64,000 bases of DNA from Candidatus Levyibacteriota bacterium (GCA_050255815.1 JBLMVJ010000035.1:10727-74726), one strand, 5' to 3'; shown: positions 38,605 through 48,626, numbered from the stretch's first letter. Notes: generated by a model from the letters alone, not told the origin. Made by a program: numbers and translations.

Positions 38605-40068
38605 TCAGGATGCAATCTTTTCTTCACTTTCCGGAGCAGCAAAAACAGTACTGGGTTTTAAAAGCATGCTGGTAGCATAATACACCATGCCTGCAGTCCA
38701 AGCTTGATCCAAAGCGCTTGTCTGTCCTGAAAACCTGTCCCGCCAGCGCACATAGGCTCCGGTTTCATCCCGTTTAAACATCTCTATATTAGAACCAAAC
38801 TCACGGATCCGCTCCAGTGATGCTTCTAAAACTTCTTCTGCTTCCCGCCGGTATCCCCTTTTATCCAGTCCTATCGCGGCAAGACCGGACATAAATGGCC
38901 AGTATGTCTCCGGACCATTATGATACCCGTCAGGGTCATGCACTTTTGTATATTTCCCATATGTCCTAAAGCCAGCCTCAGGGTTAAACAGGTCTTCCAT
39001 AAACCCCCGCTTTACCAGATCATGGATATATTGCTCTTCTACTACACTCTCCCCTTTGTGGGTTGCCCACAGGGCAAGTATTGGATCAACCGTAATATTG
39101 GTCACTCTTCTATTGTCTTCATCCAGCGCTTCCGCAAAATACCAAAGATCGGCTTTTTGATCCCGCATAAGAAATCCCCCTTCCGCAGAGTTGAACCGGG
39201 CCTTTAGCTCTGCAGCTTCTTGCCGCAATGTTTCAGCGTAGGCAGGATCTACTCCTTCAAAAAAATCAGCTCCATACCTAAGCGCTCCCCACACAAAAAT
39301 ATTTACCTCAACCGGCTTCCTCCCGAATGGCTTACGGGGATCCCTTCCCTTTTCTTCTGTCACATCATTCTCATGAAGCATGCTGTATGCACTATCTTTC
39401 CAGTTTTGGTTTAAAAGGCCGCCAAATTTCCGGTTAGGATTATAGGAAAAGCCCGCAAATCCGTTGTATTCCCGGATATTTCTCCTGCACCATTCCAGCT
39501 CTTGCTTCATAACCGCCCGCTGCTCAGGGGTAGGATCAAATATCTTCTCCTGGTATAGTTCTCCTTTCAGGATGACGTCTAAAGGAGTTGCATCAGCGCT
39601 GTCCCAGTTTTTCATAATCCCGTCTTTATCTACAAACCATGGACGCTCTCCCCGCGCCAACTGTTCATCAGTCCTGGTTATTAAATGCTCATACCCGGTT
39701 TTTCTGGCTTCATGGATGCTCTGTCCTGCCCAAACACCCAGCTCAGGGTCATCTGCAGGTGCAATATAATAATCCATAGCAAAAAATCCGTTAATAGCAC
39801 GGTTAAACAAAGATCTTTCTGCGGGACTCAGGGTTGTTTTATCCTTAAACGTTTCCAGAAGATAACTAAACGTAATGTAGGTATCGCGCCCAAAATGGGC
39901 ATGATACATTCCTTCAGACCCTTTTGAAGATGAGGCAAAATAGCCTTCATCTGTAATAAGTTCATCTAAATTCTCAAGGGCACGCGCCTGAAGCTTTACG
40001 AGGTCTCTTGTGCTCAACCTATGTTCTGAAGGAATGGATCTTGTCCTACTCTCTAAGTAGTTGTTCAT
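38605..40068 (-). CDS. Putative six-hairpin glycoside hydrolase (GH63 / amylo-alpha-1,6-glucosidase GDE_C-like) family protein
   Basis: 487-aa soluble protein. W/Y/D-rich segments reminiscent of (alpha/alpha)6 glycosidases. The family assignment is tentative. Confidence 0.4.
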   Translation of the reverse strand: MNNYLESRTRSIPSEHRLSTRDLVKLQARALENLDELITDEGYFASSSKGSEGMYHAHFGRDTYITFSYLLETFKDKTTLSPAERSLFNRAINGFFAMDYYIAPADDPELGVWAGQSIHEARKTGYEHLITRTDEQLARGERPWFVDKDGIMKNWDSADATPLDVILKGELYQEKIFDPTPEQRAVMKQELEWCRRNIREYNGFAGFSYNPNRKFGGLLNQNWKDSAYSMLHENDVTEEKGRDPRKPFGRKPVEVNIFVWGALRYGADFFEGVDPAYAETLRQEAAELKARFNSAEGGFLMRDQKADLWYFAEALDEDNRRVTNITVDPILALWATHKGESVVEEQYIHDLVKRGFMEDLFNPEAGFRTYGKYTKVHDPDGYHNGPETYWPFMSGLAAIGLDKRGYRREAEEVLEASLERIREFGSNIEMFKRDETGAYVRWRDRFSGQTSALDQAWTAGMVYYATSMLLKPSTVFAAPESEEKIAS

Positions 40069-40139
40069 AACGCCGAGAATAGGATATACCTACGGGAAAA
40101 AATCTGCAAGCTGGGCAAAAGATTAAAGTAATCTATTGT

Positions 40140-41138
40140 TTAGAAAACAAGCGCCAGTAACCGGTAGGCTATGAATGCTAGCCCGGCACATATGGGAATG
40201 GTAAATATCCACGCCCTCACTATACTTCCGGCCACGTTCCAACGGACGGCTGAAGCACGCTTGCTTGCCCCTACTCCTAAAATAGTGGAAGAAATAACGT
40301 GTGTAGTAGACAGGGGAAACCCAAACCGGGAGGCTACTTCTATGATAACCCCTGCAGACGTTTCTGCCCCAAAACCATAGACCGGAGTAAGTCTTACCAG
40401 TTTAGAACCCATGGTGTTGATAATCCGCCACCCTCCTCCGGCAGTCCCTAAAGCCATGGCAATGGCTGACATGATAATAACCCAGAGCGGCACCCTAAAC
40501 GGTTCGGCAGGAATCAAATGGGAAGAAATAAGAGATAAGGTAATAATACCCATGGTCTTTTGGGCATCATTGCTGCCATGGGAAAAGGCCATAAATGCTG
40601 AGGACAGGATTTGTGCCCGCCGGAAAAATCCGTTCACTAACCCCAGCCTTACATTAGCAAATAAAACAAAGATGATTTTCATAAAAATGAATCCGGCAAA
40701 TAGTCCCGCCACCGGAGAAGCCAGGAATGGCACCACTACTTTTTGAAGGAGAGCCTGCCATTGGACCTGGTTCACTCCCGCAAATGCAATGCCCGCCCCC
40801 ACCAACCCTCCTATTAAGGCATGTGAGGAACTGGAAGGAATACCTTTCCGCCACGTAATTAAATTCCAAATGATTGCCGCGATAAGCGCTGCAATAATTA
40901 CCTGCTCGGGTACGTTTGTCCCTACAATCCCACTCCCAATAGTTTTAGCAACCGCTGTTCCGGAAATAGCCCCTAAGAAATTGAGCCCGGCTGCCATAAT
41001 TATGGCCCAAAAGGGAGATAAAACCCTGGTTGAGACTACTGTTGCTATAGCATTTGCCGTATCATGGAAGCCGTTTATAAAGTCAAAAATAACTGATAAA
41101 AGCAGTATTATGATGAGGATGAGGTGTAGGTCACTCAT
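40140..41138 (-). CDS. pit: Inorganic phosphate transporter, PiT family
   Basis: 'GFHDTANAIATVVSTRVLSP' PHO4 signature, repeated in the second half ('HGSNDAQKTMGII'). Confidence 0.9.
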   Translation of the reverse strand: MSDLHLILIIILLLSVIFDFINGFHDTANAIATVVSTRVLSPFWAIIMAAGLNFLGAISGTAVAKTIGSGIVGTNVPEQVIIAALIAAIIWNLITWRKGIPSSSSHALIGGLVGAGIAFAGVNQVQWQALLQKVVVPFLASPVAGLFAGFIFMKIIFVLFANVRLGLVNGFFRRAQILSSAFMAFSHGSNDAQKTMGIITLSLISSHLIPAEPFRVPLWVIIMSAIAMALGTAGGGWRIINTMGSKLVRLTPVYGFGAETSAGVIIEVASRFGFPLSTTHVISSTILGVGASKRASAVRWNVAGSIVRAWIFTIPICAGLAFIAYRLLALVF

Positions 41139-41760
41139 ACTTAGTTATGAGGCTGGAGAGAATATCTGCAATATCCTCTAAAGAATCCGTTGCTTGCTCC
41201 ATGGTTTCGTAGATGTCTTTCAGGATGATTATTTTTTTTATGTCCCGGCTCTTAAAAAGCGACCGAAGTCCTTCTTTTAAGAGGACGTCTGCTTCATTTT
41301 CTTTATTATTAATTTCTACCACCAATTTGTGTACTTTAGAGAAATTCTTGCGTGAGCGAATAAGCGGCAAAGCTTTTGAAACAAGTTGGCTGGCCTCTAA
41401 AATAATTTGGGCAAAATGAATGATAGTTTCATCTTTTTTCTTAAGGGGATATACTTCCAGCCTGTTTCCTGAAAGATGAATCAGATCAATGACATCATCC
41501 AGTGCCCGGGTGAGGAACATGATATCTTCCCTATCCATGGGAGGCACAAAGGCTTTGCTGACTTCTTCATAGAGCTGGTGTGCTATTTCATCCCCTGCCT
41601 GCTCCAGATTATGAATTTTCTTGGCAATTTTTGCTGAATTCCGGGGATTTTTTGCAAGAGAAAGAAGTTCCAAAGCAGCTTTCACATTGTTCTCTGCTGC
41701 TTCCTCAAATGATTGATAAAAAATACCTGATCTGGTTTGGAAAACCGATAATAATTTCAC
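41131..41760 (-). CDS. DUF47 (PhoU-like) PiT-associated regulator
   Basis: Overlaps the pit start. About 205-aa helical protein, as found in conserved pit operons. Confidence 0.75.
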   Translation of the reverse strand: MKLLSVFQTRSGIFYQSFEEAAENNVKAALELLSLAKNPRNSAKIAKKIHNLEQAGDEIAHQLYEEVSKAFVPPMDREDIMFLTRALDDVIDLIHLSGNRLEVYPLKKKDETIIHFAQIILEASQLVSKALPLIRSRKNFSKVHKLVVEINNKENEADVLLKEGLRSLFKSRDIKKIIILKDIYETMEQATDSLEDIADILSSLITKYE

Positions 41761-41853
41761 TGAATATACTTAAAGATCCTACAATATTATACTATCCGGG
41801 GCAAGGGGAGAAATTTATTGGGTAGCTTTGAAAAGAGTTGATGCAACAGGAAT

Positions 41854-42789
41854 TTATGCTTTTTGCATGGTGAGCCAGCGCTCTATATCTAGTGCTGCCA
41901 TGCAGCCAAATCCTGCGGCAGTTACTGCCTGGCGGTACCTATCATCCTGGACATCCCCGGAAACAAAAACACCTTCTATATTAGTCCTCACCCGTTCTTT
42001 TGCGCTTACATACCCGCTTTGCGTCAAATCTACCCCTTTAAAGATAGATGAATTTGGCGTATGGCCAATAGCCACAAATATACCGTCTATAGGCATTTCT
42101 GTTACTTCCTGGGAGACGGTATTCTGGATTTTAACCTTCTCTACTTTGTTCCCCCCCAGTACTTCAACAATTTGAGAGTTAAGCATAACTTTAATTTTTG
42201 GGTTATTTTTTACTTTATCCTGCATAATCTGGGATGCCCTAAAGCTGTCCCTTCTATGGAGCAAGGTAACTTCTGCAAAATTGGTGAGGAAGTTTGCTTC
42301 CTCCATAGCAGAATCCCCTCCGCCTACAACTATGATCTTTTTTCCCCTAAAAAATGCCCCGTCACAGGTTGCACAGTATGAAATACCGCGCCCGGTCAGC
42401 TCTTTTTCACCCGGTACGCCCAGTGTTTTTGAATTCTCACCGGTAGCCAGGAGAAGGGCTTTGCCTTTATAGGTCTTCCCGTCCGCTGTTATAGAAAACG
42501 GAGAGGATGCCCCTGTCAAATCTGTAGGATCAGCATCCGCATTCACGAACGTTACTCCAAAACGCTCTGCCTGGCTTCTCATTTCCATCATAAGCTGGGG
42601 TCCCTGTATTCCTTTGGGAAAGCCCGGGAAGTTTTCAACCTCCGTAGTAAGCATGAGCTGGCCACCCCAAGTCTTCCCTGCAATGATAAGAGTTTTAAGT
42701 CCGGCTCTGGAGGTATAAATTCCTGCAGTGAGGCCGGAAGGACCGGATCCTATGATGATTACATCAAAAATGGGTAATTCAGAATTCAT
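41854..42789 (-). CDS. trxB: Thioredoxin-disulfide reductase
   Basis: FAD motif 'IIGSGPSGLTAGIY', redox-active 'CATCDG', NADPH motif 'VVGGGDSAMEEA'. Confidence 0.95.
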   Translation of the reverse strand: MNSELPIFDVIIIGSGPSGLTAGIYTSRAGLKTLIIAGKTWGGQLMLTTEVENFPGFPKGIQGPQLMMEMRSQAERFGVTFVNADADPTDLTGASSPFSITADGKTYKGKALLLATGENSKTLGVPGEKELTGRGISYCATCDGAFFRGKKIIVVGGGDSAMEEANFLTNFAEVTLLHRRDSFRASQIMQDKVKNNPKIKVMLNSQIVEVLGGNKVEKVKIQNTVSQEVTEMPIDGIFVAIGHTPNSSIFKGVDLTQSGYVSAKERVRTNIEGVFVSGDVQDDRYRQAVTAAGFGCMAALDIERWLTMQKA

Positions 42790-42845
42790 AATTCAGAGTT
42801 AATAATTAAATTTAGAGTTTAGAATTTTATATTCTAAATTCTTAC
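42783..42845. repeat. AT-rich palindromic TTCAGAATT / TCTAAATT repeats between trxB and trxA
   Basis: 'gaattcataattcagagttaataattaaatttagagtttagaattttatattctaaattc'. Same family as 21450-21505 and 34487-34555. Confidence 0.55.
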
Positions 42846-43168
42846 GAGGAGAGGGCTTCGTCCAGTGCTTTCTTAAATACGTCTTTTGGCTGGACTCCCA
42901 CGGTAGTTGCTACCGGCTTTCCCTTCTGGAAAATAATAACCGTGGGGATAGACATGATCCCAAAACTGGAAGGGGTTTTTACGTTCTCATCTACGTTCAT
43001 CTTCCCTACCTTTACCTTCCCCTCATACTCTTTCTCCAATTCTTCAATAATAGGAGTGAGCATATGGCAGGGAGTGCACCACTCTGCCCAAAAATCCACC
43101 ACAAAAGGAACGTCTGACTTTAAAACGTCTTGCTCAAATGTATCATCAGAAAGTTTTACAACTGACAT
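42842..43168 (-). CDS. trxA: Thioredoxin
   Basis: 'WAEWCTPCHM' active site. 108 aa. Confidence 0.9.
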   Translation of the reverse strand: MSVVKLSDDTFEQDVLKSDVPFVVDFWAEWCTPCHMLTPIIEELEKEYEGKVKVGKMNVDENVKTPSSFGIMSIPTVIIFQKGKPVATTVGVQPKDVFKKALDEALSS

Positions 43169-43305
43169 ATTTGTATACCGGGAATCCTTAAAAGAAGAAT
43201 GCAGAACTAACGGTACGGAAACCAGTATAATCTCCCGACCGGCTTAAAGTCAAGAAAGAGTTTTCACAGCCTCGGAATTTGAAAATAGACCCCTAAAAGC
43301 ATATA

Positions 43306-44736
43306 ATGAGTGTCCCAGAGAGATTATTATTATTAGGGGAGGGTTGCTTTATGAAAGTAAGTTCTGCCCGAGAGGACATATTTATTGTTTTTTTGTCCTT
43401 CTGGAGCACAATTTTATTAACGCGTTATCTAACGTTTGAATTTATTAAGGTGTTCCACCAGTATCCTGTCCTGTACCTTTCAGGTGTGCCTATCCATCAC
43501 TTTTTAGTTGGCCTCATTCTAGTTTCTTTTGTCCTGGTAGTACGCATATTCAGGAATAGTTTTTCCCTGATTAATTTGATTCTCTTAGGCATGGGGTTGG
43601 GCTTTATTACTGATGAATTCTGGCTCATAACCACCGGGGATTTCACTACAAATAATATCTACTGGGCAGGGGAAAATCTCACGGCTATCGTTGTTTTGGG
43701 CCTCCTCTCTTTTTTGTTTGTGAAGTTTCTGGAAAGGCGGTCCAGTATGAAGCTGGATAAAGGAAACCGTCCGCTGCATGTAAACCCAAAAAATCCGCTG
43801 GTCTCCGTGGTTATCCCCGCTTTAAATGAAGAGAAGTTCCTGGAAAATAACCTATATAGCATCATCCAGCAAAAATTTAAGGATTTTGAGCTGATTGTAG
43901 TAGACAACAATTCTACTGACAGGACTGCTGAAATAGCCCGGTCTTTTGGTGCAAAAGTCATTTTCAACGCAGTAAAAGGCGTGGGCGCAGCGCGCCAGGC
44001 CGGATTCATGGCGGCAAAAGGCAAAATTATAGCTACCACAGACGCTGACAATATTTTACCCAGGGATTGGTTGGAAACCATAGTGAAACGGTTTGAAAAA
44101 GACCCTGAACTGGTAGCTTTTGGGGGCCTTTTCCGCCTCTACTCCGGACCGCTTTCAGCACGTATTGCCGTAAAGTACCTTTCCTATCATATGTTCAAGC
44201 TGGATAAGCTGTTTGCGCATAACTGGAGTTTAATTGCCCAGAACATGGCGGTGAAGAAAAGCGCATTCCTGAAAGTAGGTGGCTTTAAGCATGTCCAAAT
44301 GGGAGAAGACGCGGACCTGGCACAACGGCTGGGCAATATTGGAAAGGTTGAACTGGACCCCAACTTTTTAGTATATGCATCCGGAAGGCGCGTGCGGCAC
44401 GGCCTGTGGTATGGCATCTGGTCTTATGGCCCCAATGCGTTTAGCCGAATGTTTTTTAAAAAGCATAAATTTGACCGCCTACCCACGGTGAGGAAAGAAA
44501 AATCTATCATCAACAACTTCTCTTTTATTCCGCTTTTAGCTTCAGTTATTTACCTTATTATCCTGTTTACCTCTATGAATGCGTCTTTAAACCATGCAAA
44601 ACAGGATTTGTTGCATAAAACGTCTATCAGCATCTCTAAGATGAAGCTTAAAAAGATTGCGTCAGAACTGGGCCCAACCCTCCCCTGGAGTGAACTGATT
44701 AAGAAAACTCGCGACCTCCACTTCCTGGAGAATTAG
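43306..44736 (+). CDS. Membrane-anchored glycosyltransferase family 2
   Basis: N-terminal ~150-aa TM region, then 'VSVVIPALNEE', 'IVVDNNSTDRT', 'TDADN'. A C-terminal TM follows. An alternative start is the ATG at 43351. Confidence 0.85.
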   Translation: MSVPERLLLLGEGCFMKVSSAREDIFIVFLSFWSTILLTRYLTFEFIKVFHQYPVLYLSGVPIHHFLVGLILVSFVLVVRIFRNSFSLINLILLGMGLGFITDEFWLITTGDFTTNNIYWAGENLTAIVVLGLLSFLFVKFLERRSSMKLDKGNRPLHVNPKNPLVSVVIPALNEEKFLENNLYSIIQQKFKDFELIVVDNNSTDRTAEIARSFGAKVIFNAVKGVGAARQAGFMAAKGKIIATTDADNILPRDWLETIVKRFEKDPELVAFGGLFRLYSGPLSARIAVKYLSYHMFKLDKLFAHNWSLIAQNMAVKKSAFLKVGGFKHVQMGEDADLAQRLGNIGKVELDPNFLVYASGRRVRHGLWYGIWSYGPNAFSRMFFKKHKFDRLPTVRKEKSIINNFSFIPLLASVIYLIILFTSMNASLNHAKQDLLHKTSISISKMKLKKIASELGPTLPWSELIKKTRDLHFLEN

Positions 44737-44777
44737 GTGCTATTCTCTTCAACTCTGCGAAATCATATAAACAACTT

Positions 44778-44834
44778 CCTTAATTTCATCACTTGGAATA
44801 TAAAACCATGGAGGAATGAATGAGTGAGCGCCCG
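44778..44834 (+). repeat. Dispersed ~55-bp repeat element, copy C
   Basis: CCTTAATTTCATCACTTGGAATATAAAACCATGGAGGAATGAATGAGTGAGCGCCCG. ~90% identical to copy A over the first 45 nt. Confidence 0.6.
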
Positions 44835-44841
44835 AAAAAAA

Positions 44842-44884
44842 TCACAGACCCGCACGTGCGATTGGGTCTGTGACTTCTTATTTT
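44842..44884. terminator. Bidirectional intrinsic terminator: TCACAGACCC-gcacgtgcgatt-GGGTCTGTGA with T-rich tracts on both strands
   Basis: 10-bp perfect stem, followed by CTTCTTATTTT on the plus strand and preceded by AAAAAAA (T7 on the minus strand). Sits between convergent genes. Confidence 0.65.
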
Positions 44885-44922
44885 AGGCGCGCAGTTCCGA
44901 TTTATCGGAACGAGCACCGCAA
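44883..44922. repeat. TTAGGCGCGCAGT - GTTCCGATTTATCGGAAC hairpin - CGAGCACCGCAA framework, second copy of the motif at 33495-33531
   Basis: Arms identical. The central hairpin differs (GTCCCAAAGGGGGAC at 33507). Confidence 0.6.
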
Positions 44923-44951
44923 AGCTTAATACATTTTGAATATAATCAAAA

Positions 44952-45401
44952 TTAAGCTTTATAATACCGTTTGATTTGGAATAATAGGTAAAAACCTACT
45001 AAATCAAACACAACTCCGGAGATAGAAATAGCAAGAACAGATGAAACAAGTGTTACTACTTCTGACCAGAACATCATGTTCCACCCATTCATCTTGCCGC
45101 TTTTAAGTCCGGGGAAGGCTGCAAGCATTAATCCTGAAGAAGCAATTAACAAAACTGCTGCTAATATGCCGCTTCCGGCTGCTCTTACGCCTCCTACTCC
45201 TCCTAAGGCAGCAAGCGGAGAAAGTGTTGCCATGATTCCCAAACCTGCAATTCCTGCAAGCAATCCTAATATTCCAAAGATTAAAGCAACCCATGGAGCA
45301 AGTTTAACTAATACTTCCTGGAAGTTTTTAGGCAGGGAAGGAACTGCGGAATACCACTTCTCTACTGTCTCTATGATTGAATCAGTTGATGATTTTGCCA
45401 T
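44952..45401 (-). CDS. Hypothetical Gly-zipper-rich small membrane protein (149 aa)
   Basis: ORF 44952..45596 trimmed to the Met at 45401, which is preceded 9 nt upstream by AGGAGGTGAC. Three hydrophobic Gly/Ala-rich helices. Confidence 0.5.
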   Translation of the reverse strand: MAKSSTDSIIETVEKWYSAVPSLPKNFQEVLVKLAPWVALIFGILGLLAGIAGLGIMATLSPLAALGGVGGVRAAGSGILAAVLLIASSGLMLAAFPGLKSGKMNGWNMMFWSEVVTLVSSVLAISISGVVFDLVGFYLLFQIKRYYKA

Positions 45402-45613
45402 ATATACAAAGTCACCTCCTTTAGAAGCTCTTGCTTGTTGAGAAGCAAAAAGCTTAGAGATTCTTAAGCCCCTCGGAAAACGCTCCGTGAGGCGTGAACG
45501 AATAGTTCTGAAAAGCCGAACGGTAAGTTCAGTGGGGCTAAACAGACTATCTATAATTATTGTGTATGAAAATTTCCTTTGATGCAAGAGGACCAATACT
45601 ATATGATAGGATG

Positions 45614-47032
45614 CTAGAGCTCCAGACCCATCTGCGGGCTTGTCTTCTTCTTATCTATATGCAATATTCCATCTTCTGCATTCCATATTGCTACTTTTCC
45701 GTATTCTCCGTCAAATCCCGGGATTATTGAAATATTCCTGGACCTTACCTTCTCTACTCCTTCCGCTACGTCATTTCCCACCAGTTTTCTTATTTCATCA
45801 AGAGAGGTCCTTAAAAGGATTTCATGTTCTGTGCTAAACTTCTGCACTAAAGAGTCAAATACGGCCAAGACCTTTTGGGATGATGGCATGGAATGTATAG
45901 CCTCTGCAATGACCTCCAATAATGGGACCAGATTTACAGATGGAGGCCTGATTGCTTTAACGTCCTGTATCCATACCACCCCATTTCCGTCTTGTTTCAG
46001 GGTAAAATTCTGGGAAGGGTTTGAAGCCAGGTCCTCTACCCTATGCATTACTCCTACCGTTAAAGGCCTGCGGCATACCGGACATAATTTATCTTTTGGT
46101 GTTTCATCAGGTGAATAGGAGACTTTACAATTCCGGTGGCCGGTATAATGGTACTTACCCTCTTCAGGATAGAACTCTATGGTATAGCCCAGCTCAAACA
46201 CCTTTTCTTTTCCCCGTACCAGCCCATTCATGATGTTGCTATACGTAATATCCTCATCTTTAATTCTTGATTCCTGATTCTTGCTTCTTAACACTGTTGC
46301 TTCCCGGCCCATTTTCTCCAAAGAATGCGCATCAGAAAAAGAAACAATAGAGCGGGTGTCCAGTTCTTTAATCCGCCAATTCATAGATGGATCTGAAGAA
46401 AGCCCGGTCTCTATGGCAAAAATGTATTTAGCATACTCTCCAAAACAGTCTGTAATATGGTCATACCCTGATTTAGACCCATATAAAGAAAACCATGGTG
46501 TCCAGACATGGCATGGGATCAAAACTATACGGGGATTAATTTCAAAAAGCATTTCAGCCAGGTTTCTGGAACTGATCCCTAAAATTGGCCTACCATCAGA
46601 GGACAAGTTTATTCCCCGGCTTACCAGGCCTTTATTAACCTTCTCTGCCGTCTCAAAATCAGGAGACAGGATAAGGTTATGGATACGGTGGACTTTTCCG
46701 TTTTCTGAATAGATAGCTGCCACCTCTACTGAAAGCATAAAATAAGGACCTAAGAAAGGCTGGGGAGGCAATGCATTTGCAGGAATAAACCGGTCTTTTA
46801 ACTTGAATATACCCGGCTGGAATTCCTCAAGCTGGGAAAAGACTTCCTTAAACCAGACAGGATGGGTAAAGTCAGCCACTGAAAGGATATTAATCCCCTT
46901 CTTTCTGCCCCACAAATACATATTGGGGAGGTTCATGCGGGGAGAAACTGCACGTGAGAATCTGGAATGAAGATGTAGGTCTAAGACTAGTTCCATGCAC
47001 CTCATTAAAGCATGGAAAATTCTAAGATTCAA
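45614..47032 (-). CDS. PHP-domain protein, endonuclease Q-like (TIGR00375-like) with zinc ribbon
   Basis: N-terminal 'LDLHLHSRFSRA' PHP metal-binding motif. Internal 'CPVCRRPLTVGVMHRVEDL' C-x2-C. The size is compatible with the EndoQ family. Assignment tentative. Confidence 0.4.
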   Translation of the reverse strand: MNLRIFHALMRCMELVLDLHLHSRFSRAVSPRMNLPNMYLWGRKKGINILSVADFTHPVWFKEVFSQLEEFQPGIFKLKDRFIPANALPPQPFLGPYFMLSVEVAAIYSENGKVHRIHNLILSPDFETAEKVNKGLVSRGINLSSDGRPILGISSRNLAEMLFEINPRIVLIPCHVWTPWFSLYGSKSGYDHITDCFGEYAKYIFAIETGLSSDPSMNWRIKELDTRSIVSFSDAHSLEKMGREATVLRSKNQESRIKDEDITYSNIMNGLVRGKEKVFELGYTIEFYPEEGKYHYTGHRNCKVSYSPDETPKDKLCPVCRRPLTVGVMHRVEDLASNPSQNFTLKQDGNGVVWIQDVKAIRPPSVNLVPLLEVIAEAIHSMPSSQKVLAVFDSLVQKFSTEHEILLRTSLDEIRKLVGNDVAEGVEKVRSRNISIIPGFDGEYGKVAIWNAEDGILHIDKKKTSPQMGLEL

Positions 47033-47040
47033 TCTGCTAT

Positions 47041-47235
47041 TTATGCTGCCGGTTGGAATGAGGGACGGATTTTGCGCGGTTTTCTTGGTCTTCCCGGCTG
47101 GGGAGGAACCTCTCCGGCTGTCGCTTTTAATACCGGCCTATTTACCGGCTGCAACACCCGTTCTATCCCCTGACCTTCTCTATGAAAGGGTTCAGGAAGA
47201 GGCGCAAAACTTCTGCGTTCAATAGAGTCTGCCAT
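47041..47235 (-). CDS. Possible small basic Pro/Arg-rich protein (64 aa) immediately upstream of the PHP-domain gene
   Basis: ATG at 47235 (reverse complement) within ORF 47041..47322. Locally higher GC. No motif. Confidence 0.25.
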   Translation of the reverse strand: MADSIERRSFAPLPEPFHREGQGIERVLQPVNRPVLKATAGEVPPQPGRPRKPRKIRPSFQPAA

Positions 47236-47307
47236 ATGAAAAAGATAATACTGCGAAATTAAAAAGAATGCAAGCTGAGCTTGTAAGGATTTGGGGGGTA
47301 CTATATA

Positions 47308-47604
47308 ATGGGTTACATGCAAAAGGTAGGTACTATTTTAGATAAATTTAACCCCGTAGCTGATAAATATATCTCACGCGAGTTTCAATCTTTTGGTATC
47401 TACATGTCAGAAGAATTAAACGATTATAAGCACAAATCCCTCTATATAAAGTTGGCAAAAACTACCAATAGGGCACTTTTAGAGAAGGCGCTCTCCTTTG
47501 TTAAAGACGCAAAAACCACTACCCCTAATAAAGGCGCCCTGTTTATGTGGAAGCTAAAACAACTCCGGGATGCAGCTGAGGGGAAAGAAGAGAAAAGCAC
47601 GTAG
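47308..47604 (+). CDS. Hypothetical protein (98 aa)
   Basis: ORF only; Lys-rich. Confidence 0.4.
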   Translation: MGYMQKVGTILDKFNPVADKYISREFQSFGIYMSEELNDYKHKSLYIKLAKTTNRALLEKALSFVKDAKTTTPNKGALFMWKLKQLRDAAEGKEEKST

Positions 47605-47630
47605 CACGTAGTTTCTAGCAAAAAAAGACT

Positions 47631-47924
47631 ATGAATTCTTCTTATGAAAAAGTTTACATGGCAACAAGGCAAATCCCAAAAGGGAAAGTTACTACCTATG
47701 GAGCCATAGGCAAGAAGCTTAATATGTCTCCCCGGGTAGTAGGACATGCGCTTCACGCCAATCCTTATGAAGGTGACGTTCCCTGCCACCGGGTGGTAAA
47801 CCGTGACGGACGAGTAGCGCCTAACTTTGCCTTTGGAGGGAAAGATATCCAAAAAAAACTACTTGAAGCGGAAGGAGTTATTTTTCAAGACCAACTTCAC
47901 GTGAAGCCGGAATTCATTATCTGA
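47631..47924 (+). CDS. Methylated-DNA-[protein]-cysteine S-methyltransferase DNA-binding/active-site domain protein (Ogt C-terminal-like, 97 aa)
   Basis: 'PCHRVV' active-site motif and a helix-turn-helix 'TTYGAIGKKL'. Confidence 0.8.
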   Translation: MNSSYEKVYMATRQIPKGKVTTYGAIGKKLNMSPRVVGHALHANPYEGDVPCHRVVNRDGRVAPNFAFGGKDIQKKLLEAEGVIFQDQLHVKPEFII

Positions 47925-48485
47925 CTACCACGTCTGGCACGCAGCGTCTCCCATACAGACTTTCCATGATATGCTGTTTCTAGGCCCATACTGGTCAAAC
48001 ATGCTATCCTTTGGATTATTAAGGTACTGGGTTACCTCTACTCCGCAGGCAATAAGCGCATATTGGATTCCGTCAGACCGGTAAAGAAAAGCTTTCTTTG
48101 TCCCGTTCCCGGCAGGAGTAGGACAAGAAGTATCCCCACCGGTAGGGTCTGCCGGCAGCGCTTGTATGTACTTAGGGGCCAGGTTGGGTATCCATCCCCC
48201 TGCTCCACCATTATTACTAAACGTATCCCCTCCGTCAGAGGAATAATAAGCGTCACCTGTTGAAGGATAATTTCCGTTATCGTTGTAATATTGTTCCAGC
48301 GCTCCCTGCAGCTGCTTCAGGATGGTACGCCTCTGGGAATCCCGTGCTTTTGCAAATTGGGTAAGGGGGTTTAGAACAGAGAGGAGGACTACAGCAAGAA
48401 CTCCTAAAATTCCTATAACGGTAATCAGCTCAATGAGAGTGAATCCGGCACGAGTTTCTATAAGCTTTGGGGCAGAAAACCTCAT
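47925..48485 (-). CDS. Type IV pilin / pseudopilin with prepilin N-terminal cleavage-methylation domain
   Basis: 'AGFTLIELITVIGILGVLAVV' class III signal. The C-terminal region is Gly-rich with Cys pairs. Confidence 0.85.
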   Translation of the reverse strand: MRFSAPKLIETRAGFTLIELITVIGILGVLAVVLLSVLNPLTQFAKARDSQRRTILKQLQGALEQYYNDNGNYPSTGDAYYSSDGGDTFSNNGGAGGWIPNLAPKYIQALPADPTGGDTSCPTPAGNGTKKAFLYRSDGIQYALIACGVEVTQYLNNPKDSMFDQYGPRNSISWKVCMGDAACQTW

Positions 48486-48526
48486 ATCTTAAGTTAACCA
48501 CAGGAAAATTGACTAGTCAATGAAAA

Positions 48527-48599
48527 GGAAATTAATAGATATTAATAGAAATTAAGAAATTGATTGTAATTGCACAATTAATTTCCATGAATTTCGCGA
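48527..48599. repeat. 74-bp palindromic intergenic element, copy 2
   Basis: GGAAATTAATAGATATTAATAGAAATTAAGAAATTGATTGTAATTGCACAATTAATTTCCATGAATTTCGCGA. 42 nt upstream of the pilin start on the opposite strand. Confidence 0.85.
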
Positions 48600-48626
48600 A
48601 GCAAGTTTCTATCAGTTTCTAAGGTG

